A stretch of 63,947 bases of DNA, filler included, from an uncultured bacterium (GTDB lineage Bacteria; Hinthialibacterota; Hinthialibacteria; Hinthialibacterales; Hinthialibacteraceae), in the NCBI GenBank assembly GCA_964449065.1. It is 3 parts of 3 records of this genome, joined end to end, with 100 filler letters (N's around TTAATTAATTAA, not from the genome) between each part and the next. Parts side by side here need not be neighbours in the genome. Positions count along the whole stretch, not along the records: positions 26,906 to 53,173 come from CAYVAZ010000023.1; positions 53,274 to 63,947 come from CAYVAZ010000175.1; 1 more part is not named here. One strand, written 5' to 3'. Of the stretch, positions 52,307-60,748 are shown piece after piece. The notes under the pieces were generated by a model, which was not told the origin of the DNA, ran no database searches, and saw only the letters and a list, made by a program, of their open reading frames with translations. The translations under genes and the position numbers were made by a program. How positions within the stretch are numbered: position 1 is the stretch's first letter; the number at the start of each line of letters is the position of its first letter.

Positions 52307-52518
52307 AATCAAACACTCCAAAACAGACAGTTCATTCTATGTATGTACCATACAAAATAAAGAATTTTTTGTGTAGGAGTTCTGACAGACCGGTTTTTCT
52401 GGAAACTGTTTGAGAGGAGTGAATGTTAGCAAGTATTCCATTTTCAATCGGTTAGTGATTCAGATAACCGGGTTGTCAGACCAGGAGAAAAGAAAATAAA
52501 AAAAATAAAAAAAAGAGC

Positions 52519-52546
52519 TAAAGGTTTAAGTGAATGAAGCCGATAG
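52519..52546 (+). promoter_or_regulatory. Sigma28 (FliA/SigD)-like promoter with A-rich UP tract
   Basis: TAAA-N16-GCCGATAG (consensus TAAA-N15-GCCGATAA) preceded by poly-A. Confidence 0.55.
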
Positions 52547-52554
52547 TAAATTCG

Positions 52555-53173
52555 ACAAGGTAAGAGAGTATCTATAACAAGGAGACGTTTAGAAAAACCT
52601 AAAAATGACTCATTTCAAACATCGCATCCCGGCCAAGAGAGTTTGTGGGTAATGAAATGAGGAACCGCTGAGTCACTGTAGGATGAGAATGGCAGAGGGC
52701 CGCACCCCTCCAAATTACTTTCTAGAATTATCAAGCCAACAATCCATCCTACCATAGAATGATAACGAATTGTCTTTGTGCAATTCAATCCGTCATTCAT
52801 CAAGATGTCTCCAACAGAATAACAGGGTGCTCTTTCTGACCGCTGCAGCCACAGGTCTAGGGGTATATTCCCAGGAAAAACGTGTCTGCAGAAAGACATC
52901 CTGTTATTCTTTCGGGGCATCATAATCAAGGTTATCCGAGGCTCTTGGTTATGGTGCCGCTCCGGCAGCAAACGCGAAAGCGTATGCAGTGATAAATTAG
53001 TTGTGTTTTAACGAAAAGTATGAGGCATTGGATTAACGGATGAATCCGATCCTGCAATGGGCCGCGTCATAATTACAGACTGAAAATGACACGGTATCGC
53101 AGAGAAGGACATTCGAGCCAGCAAAAAATTAAGCCATAACATCGCATCCCGGCCAAGAGAGTGAGTTATGGCT
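52555..53173 (+). ncRNA. Candidate large structured non-coding RNA, family not recognised
   Basis: At least eight consecutive stems, G-U pairs on + strand, GAAA tetraloop, identical 25-mers at 52618-52642 and 53138-53162; no credible ORF; ends approximate. Confidence 0.55.
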
Positions 53174-53273
53174 NNNNNNNNNNNNNNNNNNNNNNNNNNN
53201 NNNNNNNNNNNNNNNNNTTAATTAATTAANNNNNNNNNNNNNNNNNNNNNNNNNNNNNNNNNNNNNNNNNNNN
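53174..53273. other. Assembly gap with six-frame stop linker
   Basis: N-run containing TTAATTAATTAA; 100 nt total. Confidence 0.95.
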
Positions 53274-53355
53274 ATCCATGGATAAACTCAGACTATGTAT
53301 TATGACACGACTTTGCAGGAAGAAAATGCGAATGTTCCGAACACGAAGGAACCCG

Positions 53356-54156
53356 CTACGGGGATTGCACCTGCATCGCGATCAAATCGTACATCGGTTG
53401 ATCTTCCGCGCTGCGTTCTTGGGTCAGTTTTAAGTAGGTGGTCACGATTTTTTTGAAGTAGCGCTTGGGTACGGTACCGCCGCTGCTTTTGCGTTTATCG
53501 TAAAGGGTGGGCCCTAAGTTGTAGGCGTAAATCGCTTCTTCTAAACTGTTGTATTTCATCATCAGCTGCGTGAGATAAAGCGTGCCCAACTTGATGTTGC
53601 TTTCAATGTCTTTAATGGAAAGAACCGGCAATGTTTCGCCATCGCGCAATCCGATCAAGCGGGGTTCTTGTTTAACCAATTCGGCAAGCGATCTACCGGT
53701 TGCCGGCATCAGCTGCATTAACCCGCGGGCGCCTTTGTTGGAATGCACCCATGGGCGCAAAGTGGATTCCGTTGACATAATCGCTAACAGCAGGTAGGGA
53801 TCAAACCCGAATTGATCACTGGTTTCATCCACCACCTTTGCGATTTTTTTTTGAGCGGGTTTTCCGACGCTGGCATGGCTTAGGTCTTGAACAGCATCAA
53901 AGATTTCAACACGCCGCTCCAATTGTTCGATTCGCTGTTTTTGCTGATGCTCGTTCTGGTTCTGTTCTTTGATTTGGTTGTTGAGGTATAACTCTATACG
54001 GCGATACTTTTCAATCTCATTATCTTTTTTAATAAATAAATAGACCGCACCAGCCGTTAAGCTAATAAATGTGAGAAACATCAACAAAAACAAATAGGTA
54101 GGAATACGAACATAACTGCCTTCGTTTCCTTCTTTGGATTGAGTTGGTGGTTTCAT
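53356..54156 (-). CDS. Membrane-anchored lytic transglycosylase (SLT domain)
   Basis: TM + coiled coil; AIMSTES, SNKGARGLMQLMPAT, AYNLGP. Confidence 0.9.
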   Translation of the reverse strand: MKPPTQSKEGNEGSYVRIPTYLFLLMFLTFISLTAGAVYLFIKKDNEIEKYRRIELYLNNQIKEQNQNEHQQKQRIEQLERRVEIFDAVQDLSHASVGKPAQKKIAKVVDETSDQFGFDPYLLLAIMSTESTLRPWVHSNKGARGLMQLMPATGRSLAELVKQEPRLIGLRDGETLPVLSIKDIESNIKLGTLYLTQLMMKYNSLEEAIYAYNLGPTLYDKRKSSGGTVPKRYFKKIVTTYLKLTQERSAEDQPMYDLIAMQVQSP

Positions 54157-54545
54157 GATTTTTCCTTTTCAACAAAATGTTGAATAACTACGACTAGCAA
54201 ACCCTGTACCTATTTATCTCTCTCTCTGGACCTACCCATTGGAAGGATAGGATATTCTCACGCTTATCTCACATCTCTCAATACAATAAAAAACATTACG
54301 ATAAATGACATACGTATTTGTAACGTTGATGTAACTGTATCATACAATACTCTATTCATCAAAAAAATATTTCTATACGGTTATGGATTGCCAATTTGAT
54401 ACACTCAATTCCCGTATTGAGGTAATTTATGATAATTAAAGAAGTGTAAATTTCAGTTTGATACGTTTCTCTAAAAAATAAAAATTTACAATATGGAAAT
54501 TATCTTTTTAGTATGTAAACAGAAAACAAGGCCTAAAATGATCGA

Positions 54546-55142
54546 TTACGTTTTTGCGTGTTCATGGCTTTTAATCGTTTCAAAATCTTCTATATGCCAA
54601 AATCCATTTTCATAAATCATGTGATAAAGACGGTGCAGGGTCAAATCTTTGCCTGGCATTTTGTGAATTTCAAAACAATATACCTGCGCTTTATTGCCAT
54701 GAATATCACAGGATGAAACTTCGGTTACCCGTTTGGATATAGGGCCGAAGGTTTTGCGCTCCTGATATTTGTTGGTGCGGTTTATCACATATTCTTCCAT
54801 CGAATCCGCTTTCCGCTTGTGATGGGGAAAGCAGGATGCCAAACATAAATATTCTGTTTCAAAATCCTGTTTATTCCACGTTTCGATAAACTCTTTGCAA
54901 AGCTGTTCGGGGGTGTATTTTTTTAAATGCTCAATGCGGGAATGCAGGCGCATATCCTTTGGCGTAGGCCCGGCAGTGGCGTTCTTCATCCGCTCAGCCT
55001 GACGCAGGTGATTTACTTTGCGCATCAATTGTTCGATGAGTTGATCGTATATTTCCCGCTCACGCCGCGTTAAGTGGCTTGCAGAGTAGTACAACATTTT
55101 CCCCATCAAGGCAATTTCTTCTTCTTCAATTAACAGGCTCAT
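54546..55142 (-). CDS. Hypothetical protein
   Basis: 198-aa ORF with GGAGGG RBS; C-terminal YENGFWHI NTF2-like ending. Confidence 0.6.
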   Translation of the reverse strand: MSLLIEEEEIALMGKMLYYSASHLTRREREIYDQLIEQLMRKVNHLRQAERMKNATAGPTPKDMRLHSRIEHLKKYTPEQLCKEFIETWNKQDFETEYLCLASCFPHHKRKADSMEEYVINRTNKYQERKTFGPISKRVTEVSSCDIHGNKAQVYCFEIHKMPGKDLTLHRLYHMIYENGFWHIEDFETIKSHEHAKT

Positions 55143-55216
55143 GGTACCCTCCCCCCATTCGGATTCCTACCGCATGGATTATCCAAATACTTCATTTGAA
55201 ACGCATTTCTTACCCA

Positions 55217-55645
55217 TTATAAATCAAACGTGTGTTTGACATCATCGGTCGTTCCTTGAATCCGGTCGCGACCCGCGCTTTGCAGCAGCACATGGCGGTT
55301 GTCGCGGATTTGTATCTGATACGGATTGCCGAACCGGTCATGCGTGATATCCCTATTTGCATTGCCGGATTGCGCCAACTCCTGCATGGAACGCGGATAG
55401 CGGCCATGCTGGGTTTGAAACATCACCAGCGTGGTCTTCAATGCCGGGACGTTGAATTGATCCTTCATTTCTTTGATGCGGGTGTATTGATCCACCGCTT
55501 CCCGCCCGATCAATCCGTCTATCACATCCGATTCCCGGTTTGGATCTTTTTCCTGTTCCTTTCGGTATTCCAACGTTTTTTGATAAAACTGGCTGCCCGC
55601 GTAGAGCAACCCAATAAGCAAAAATAACTTGAATGCCGTTTTCAT
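55217..55645 (-). CDS. Membrane-anchored protein with GspG-like pseudopilin C-terminal domain
   Basis: GRYP..., DRFGNPY...QSAGRD...GTTDD; no prepilin cleavage motif. Confidence 0.6.
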   Translation of the reverse strand: MKTAFKLFLLIGLLYAGSQFYQKTLEYRKEQEKDPNRESDVIDGLIGREAVDQYTRIKEMKDQFNVPALKTTLVMFQTQHGRYPRSMQELAQSGNANRDITHDRFGNPYQIQIRDNRHVLLQSAGRDRIQGTTDDVKHTFDL

Positions 55646-55882
55646 TATGCCGCCTTTATTTTAGCCGAAAATCTCCTGAAAGAATATCATTCTATCGAAA
55701 TTCTTTCATTTTTATTTTCCGGTCTTTTAGTAAAAAATCAAGTCATTTTTTCTCCTCTCTTCCTACAGTACAAAACCCAAGCATTTCTGTAACAATGGAT
55801 TGCGAAGGGATACGGTTTGAATTAGTATTGCTAGTGGTAAGGGGATGGAACCCGCGCAATTCAATTACGTTGGGAATGAGAT

Positions 55883-56341
55883 ATGAAATTATCGGATATT
55901 TTGGTGGAAGAGTGTATATCGTTTGATGTGCCAACCGTAGAGAAAGAAAAAGTACTGTATTACATGGCTGAATTGTCGGCGAAAAGCGAAAAAGTCGAAT
56001 CGGTGGATCAACTGGTGGAAGCGGTTCTGAACCGCGAAAAAATTCAAACCACCGGCATCGGGCACGGGATGGCAATTCCCCACGCCACCGCGGAAGGCGT
56101 GAAAGGGTTGGTCTTATCGCTGGGGATTTCAAAAGAAGGAGTCGCCTTTGATGCCTTGGACGGCAAGCCGGTTCATTTAATATTTTTGCTTGCGGGCGAA
56201 CCCCGTTTGCAAACTTCGTTTTTGAGTATCCTCAGTAAAATATCCCGCTTTTTTAAACAGGAAGACTTCCGCCAGCAAATCATCGAAGCGGGAAACGCCG
56301 CCAGCATCATGCAATTAATCCAAGCCCGCGAAGAGCAATAA
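55883..56341 (+). CDS. PTS IIA (Ntr/fructose-type) domain protein
   Basis: REKIQTTGIGHGMAIPHA, FDALDGKPVHLIFLL. Confidence 0.92.
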   Translation: MKLSDILVEECISFDVPTVEKEKVLYYMAELSAKSEKVESVDQLVEAVLNREKIQTTGIGHGMAIPHATAEGVKGLVLSLGISKEGVAFDALDGKPVHLIFLLAGEPRLQTSFLSILSKISRFFKQEDFRQQIIEAGNAASIMQLIQAREEQ

Positions 56342-56357
56342 GATACCCGAATATACT

Positions 56358-56708
56358 ATGCAACTACTTGTAATCTTTTTGAATGAAGAAGAATTTCTTG
56401 ATGAAATTTTGACGGAATTGGTGGAGTTGGAAATCACCGGCGCCTCCGTTATTGATGGCGTGGCTATGGAACGTGTCCTCGCGAAGGATGTGCCGATCTT
56501 TGCCGGACTGCTGCAAACCACCCGCGGCTCACGTGCCTACAACAAAAACATCTTTGCGTTGGTGCCCAAAAAAGAATCCGTGATCCGGCTGGTGGAAATC
56601 CTAAAGGAAATGGATATCGATTTGACCAATCCCAGCATCGGAACCTTATTTACTATCCCCGTTGATTTCACCTTTGCGGACACGACCGGTGACGAAGACG
56701 GGGATTAA
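56358..56708 (+). CDS. P-II-like small protein
   Basis: LLVIFLN.EE.LDEIL...GASVIDGVAM...GTLFTIPV. Confidence 0.7.
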   Translation: MQLLVIFLNEEEFLDEILTELVELEITGASVIDGVAMERVLAKDVPIFAGLLQTTRGSRAYNKNIFALVPKKESVIRLVEILKEMDIDLTNPSIGTLFTIPVDFTFADTTGDEDGD

Positions 56709-56739
56709 TCATCTCCACCGCCTTCCATCCATTCTCAAC

Positions 56740-57918
56740 TTATTCCTGTGCATTTCTTCGGTATCCTTGAACCAGAAATACATACAAAATCGAACCGATC
56801 ACCAACGTACAGACGATAAGTGCCACCCAAATCAGCTTGTCATACCGGTCGCTATTAGGGAAGTCTTCACGGCGGCGGCGCAGGCAGTCTTGCAGCGTCC
56901 ACAGCCAAAGGATAATCAGCAATACGATTAAAACGGTCCCCACCGGCCCTATCGCAGGACCGTTATTATTTCCATCATCATCACCATTTCCATTCTCATG
57001 ACGCTTTTGTTCATTCATCACCGCGGTGAGATGGCGTTCGCGTTCTTCCTGCTCATTCTGAATCCGTTCGCGGTTCCGCTCAAACTCATGTCTTTCGCGT
57101 TCCAATTCTTCCTGCCTTTGCCGCAACCGCCGCTCTTTTTCTTCATATTCCTTCATGATGTTTTCCAACTCGCGCATGCGCCGGTTTACTTCTTCTTCAC
57201 GTTGGCGCAGTTCATTTTCTTTTCGTGTTAATCCCTCACGTTTTTCGTTCCACTCCTGCTGCCGGTGTTTCAATTGCCTTTCTTGTTCATGAATTTGATG
57301 TTCATGCCGCCGGGTTTGCTGCCGCTGCCGCTCCTGCCGTTTTTTTCCTTCTTCCAATTCATGGCGCATCCGCGCCAGCCGGGAGCGTTCCTGCTGGATT
57401 CGCTGTTCCTGTTCGTTTACTTCTTCCTGTCGGCGTTGCAAATGCTGTTCCCGTTCTCGCAGTTCATTTATGTGATGGGGAACGGCTTCGTTATTTTGAC
57501 TGTGTTCACGATCGTCACTCAGTTCATCCAAACGGTGGGATAGTTCTTGAAAGTAATCATGCATCCGGTCTTCCATCCCCAGCAAGCGTTCATTAATTTC
57601 TTCCATTTCCTCCAAGCGGTGGTTCACCCGTTCGGCCAGTTCCCGTATGAAATTTCTCGTTGGATTGTCCCGGCCTTGCGGTCTTCGCCGTTCCGAATCT
57701 TCCTGCATCCGCTCAATTTGCCGTTCGATGTCTCTGCGCTTTTGCAACTCACGGCGTTCGCGTCCTTCGTCAAGTTCTTGATCGAATTGGATATCCAAAT
57801 CTTGGGTTAACGCCCAAGGGGTTTGCTCCGCATCCGAAACCGTCACTTGCGCATGCCCCCAAGTGGGACCAAAACCAATTCCAACCAGAAACAATAATAA
57901 TCCGTACATGGATTTCAT
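56740..57918 (-). CDS. Exported E/R/Q-rich coiled-coil protein with C-terminal PLDc_N-like membrane hairpin
   Basis: Signal peptide from MKSMY (GGAGG RBS); long coiled coil; LWLWTLQDC...KLIWVALI...IGSILY. Confidence 0.7.
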   Translation of the reverse strand: MKSMYGLLLFLVGIGFGPTWGHAQVTVSDAEQTPWALTQDLDIQFDQELDEGRERRELQKRRDIERQIERMQEDSERRRPQGRDNPTRNFIRELAERVNHRLEEMEEINERLLGMEDRMHDYFQELSHRLDELSDDREHSQNNEAVPHHINELREREQHLQRRQEEVNEQEQRIQQERSRLARMRHELEEGKKRQERQRQQTRRHEHQIHEQERQLKHRQQEWNEKREGLTRKENELRQREEEVNRRMRELENIMKEYEEKERRLRQRQEELERERHEFERNRERIQNEQEERERHLTAVMNEQKRHENGNGDDDGNNNGPAIGPVGTVLIVLLIILWLWTLQDCLRRRREDFPNSDRYDKLIWVALIVCTLVIGSILYVFLVQGYRRNAQE

Positions 57919-57979
57919 GATTCTTCCTCCAAGATATGATTCTTTACTAATACCACAGATTTTCCGGAAAGAATAGACG

Positions 57980-58576
57980 ATGTTGGATGTCATTCGCCAA
58001 TTCATGACCATTCTCATGTGGATGATTTTTCCGCCCTGCTTTTTGTTTTGGATTTCCATTCACGGCCTGTTTGCGTTTTGGCGCAGGGTGGGAGTCACGA
58101 TCACATATACCCTTCATGCCGGATTCATCATTCTCATGATGGCCGCGGTCTATCAATACCGGCATGTATTGATCGGCTATGACCTGGGCTGGAACACCTA
58201 TCTGGCATCGTTCGGGGTATTGTTGTGGATATATTCCGCCTATATGGAAACCAAGACCCGCCAGTTTCTTTCGCTGCCCATGATGATCGGCGTGCCGGAG
58301 TTAAATCCGAAACGTGAGGATTCAACGTTACTCACAGACGGTATTTTTTCCCGCACAAGAAATCCGCGGTATGTGTTGGTCTATCTTTATCTCATCGGGT
58401 GGACATTATTTGCAAATTATACCGGTATGTATATGTTGTTAATTTTGACCGGAATATTGATCTATACCGTTGTATGGTTGGAAGAGCGGGAACTGCATAA
58501 CCGCTTTGGAAAAGCGTATGAAGAATACTGTCAAAATGTGCCCCGTTTTATTCCAACATTGTTCCGTGCAAAATGA
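57980..58576 (+). CDS. Isoprenylcysteine carboxylmethyltransferase/PEMT-family membrane protein
   Basis: LLTDGIFSRTRNPRY, LEERELHNRFGKAYEEYCQNVPRF. Confidence 0.85.
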   Translation: MLDVIRQFMTILMWMIFPPCFLFWISIHGLFAFWRRVGVTITYTLHAGFIILMMAAVYQYRHVLIGYDLGWNTYLASFGVLLWIYSAYMETKTRQFLSLPMMIGVPELNPKREDSTLLTDGIFSRTRNPRYVLVYLYLIGWTLFANYTGMYMLLILTGILIYTVVWLEERELHNRFGKAYEEYCQNVPRFIPTLFRAK

Positions 58577-58654
58577 AGTTCATTTCCCATGTTCAGCGCT
58601 ACGGTTTTCAATACAATTACGCAAATTTATTTTCAAACAAAGGAGACCGTAGCT

Positions 58655-59425
58655 ATGCATGGAGTCCGTAGCGTTGTTTGTATGCTGATATTGTTGTCTG
58701 TGTGTATTTTTCCGTTTTCTCATGCCGCTTCGAAATGGGGGTATCATGGGGATATCGCTCCGGCGCAGTGGTGCCATTTGGATGATACGTTTAAAGATTG
58801 CTGTGACGGGATGAAACAATCACCGATAGATATCATCCCCCCCAAAGTGCAGGCCGCACCATTGGACGCGTTGAAGTTTGATTACAAGCCGACCGCGTTG
58901 GAAATCATCCACAACGGCCACACGGTGCAAGCCAATGTGCCGAAAGGGTCCAATACTCTGTTGATTGGGGATCAAGCGTTTCAATTGCTGCAATATCATG
59001 TCCACACGCCCAGCGAACATTTGGTGGACGGCGGGGAATACCCGGTGGAAGTGCATTTGGTTCATCAGGCGGAAGACGGTACCCTAGCCGTGGTTGGCGT
59101 GCTTTTGGAAGAAGGAAGCGCGCATCAAGAACTGGATACGTTTTGGAAAGCGCTGCCATATCATCAAGACCTTACCGTTTCGGTCAAGTCGTTTGACATC
59201 AACAAACTTATACCGGCAAACAAGGCAACCTACCGCTATTCCGGTTCGCTCACGACACCGCCTTGTGGAGAAGGGGTACTGTGGCATGTGATGGCGGAAC
59301 CCCTTACCCTATCTGCCGAACAAATCGAAGCCATACATGAGTTATTTTCAGGGGAACACTTCCCGGATGGAAACAGACGGCCGGTACAACCGCTGAATGA
59401 CCGCGCTGTAAAAACAGAGCAATAA
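58655..59425 (+). CDS. Periplasmic alpha-carbonic anhydrase
   Basis: WGY.G, QSPIDI, NGHTVQ, QYHVH..SEH, EVHLVH, YSGSLTTPPC, RPVQPLN; AGGAG RBS. Confidence 0.95.
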   Translation: MHGVRSVVCMLILLSVCIFPFSHAASKWGYHGDIAPAQWCHLDDTFKDCCDGMKQSPIDIIPPKVQAAPLDALKFDYKPTALEIIHNGHTVQANVPKGSNTLLIGDQAFQLLQYHVHTPSEHLVDGGEYPVEVHLVHQAEDGTLAVVGVLLEEGSAHQELDTFWKALPYHQDLTVSVKSFDINKLIPANKATYRYSGSLTTPPCGEGVLWHVMAEPLTLSAEQIEAIHELFSGEHFPDGNRRPVQPLNDRAVKTEQ

Positions 59426-59432
59426 TCAAACT

Positions 59433-59466
59433 AAAAACCGGGGGCTGCTTTACCCCCGGTTTTTTT
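59433..59466. terminator. Bidirectional rho-independent terminator
   Basis: AAAAACCGGGGG...CCCCCGGTTTTTTT between convergent genes. Confidence 0.85.
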
Positions 59467-59564
59467 CTGTAAAGGATTTTAATTAACGATGATTGACCCA
59501 ATATTCCTCCTCCATTGCAAAAGGGGAGGTTGGGTGGCAATTCACTGACTTTATTTCCAACCGA

Positions 59565-60593
59565 TTACTTCACGGTTTCGAAGCCCTCATCAGCCAGTTC
59601 ATTGAAACCGAGCGGCAGCGGGCGGACATCATATCCCAATTCGCTTAAGACCTTTCCTGCCCGTAAAGCGCGGCCTCCTTTGGCGCAGTGGGGATAAATA
59701 ATTTTGTCTTTATCCAATATTGCCTTGACATCTTTCATGACTTTTTCGTCATCTTGAATGGTTTGGAGTTTGCTCATGGCAAACCGTTTTGCTTGCGCGA
59801 TATACCCTTCGTCCCATTCGTTTTGTTCACGGACATCCAGCAAAATGGCTTTTCCACTTTTTAAGTTGGATTTGATTTTGCCGACCGGGTCTTTCGTATG
59901 CAATACCCCAACTTTTTTATCCTCTTTCGGTTTGGGCGGGAACAGTTCTTTTTGCGCGAAAATGGTAAGGTAGTGATAAGTATTGGGGATGAGTTGGTAG
60001 CGCAGCAAAATCCAGCCCGCCTCTTCGGCTTGCTGAATCAAAGTGCTCAGCCGGGTGCTGTGACCGGGGTTGCGGGTGGCGATTTCACTGTATTTTTCGA
60101 TGATGCAAACGCGGCCGGTTGGTTTGACGACATCCTTTAGATGCTTGAGATAATCCACATGGCTGTCGTCGGGTAGATGGTGATAGACTTGCGAAAAGAA
60201 GACCAGATCGATGGAGCTTTCATCCAATCCCGTGCCTACTTTTGGCGCGAGAAACGGCTTTACGTTTTTTTGCCCGTCAAACGTTTCTTGCAGTTTTTCG
60301 ACTTTGTCTTCTTCCACCTCCAGCGCGTAATAGGTAGCATATTCGCCGCTGTGATCCAGCATTTTATTGATCCACCACCCGTCGCCGGACCCGACATCCA
60401 GCACCTTGTCACCGGTGCGGATATCCAGTTCGTCCATAATATAGTCGCTCCACTCGCGGTATGGATAAGAATCCGGCCCCTTGCGTTCATGCTGTTTCGG
60501 ATCTTCGACGCGCGTGGTTTTGGGTATCTCTTGCTGGCTAAAGGCCAACGGCAATGCAATCAAAAGCGTAATACCGGTCCATACAATCCGCAT
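59565..60593 (-). CDS. Exported class I methyltransferase fused to rhodanese domain
   Basis: Signal peptide; VLDVGSGDG; LLDVREQNEWDEG; HCAKGGRA active loop. Confidence 0.8.
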   Translation of the reverse strand: MRIVWTGITLLIALPLAFSQQEIPKTTRVEDPKQHERKGPDSYPYREWSDYIMDELDIRTGDKVLDVGSGDGWWINKMLDHSGEYATYYALEVEEDKVEKLQETFDGQKNVKPFLAPKVGTGLDESSIDLVFFSQVYHHLPDDSHVDYLKHLKDVVKPTGRVCIIEKYSEIATRNPGHSTRLSTLIQQAEEAGWILLRYQLIPNTYHYLTIFAQKELFPPKPKEDKKVGVLHTKDPVGKIKSNLKSGKAILLDVREQNEWDEGYIAQAKRFAMSKLQTIQDDEKVMKDVKAILDKDKIIYPHCAKGGRALRAGKVLSELGYDVRPLPLGFNELADEGFETVK

Positions 60594-60748
60594 AATCTTT
60601 ACTCTCCTTATAGGGTTTATCTGTTTTTAGGATATCATCGCAAAGAAACAATCAAAAAAGAATCCCTATAAATGAGTGTTTCTCCACTTTTCTTTTCCTA
60701 CCGGGTTGAGGTATGATGGTAACACTTTATTCCAAAACGGGGGAGATT

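Noticed and set aside
52605..52652. Short ORF MTHFKHRIPAKRVCG through repeat copy 1
   Set aside because: The AGGAG lies about 20 nt upstream, and the same frame in copy 2 is preceded by a stop, so conservation appears to be at the nucleotide level
52615..52971. 118-aa minus-strand ORF over the structured region
   Set aside because: Non-ATG start, no RBS, no protein-like motifs; G-U pairing favours a + strand RNA
51244..53173. tRNA-integrated genomic island or prophage
   Set aside because: No integrase, phage genes or duplicated tRNA 3' end visible before the gap
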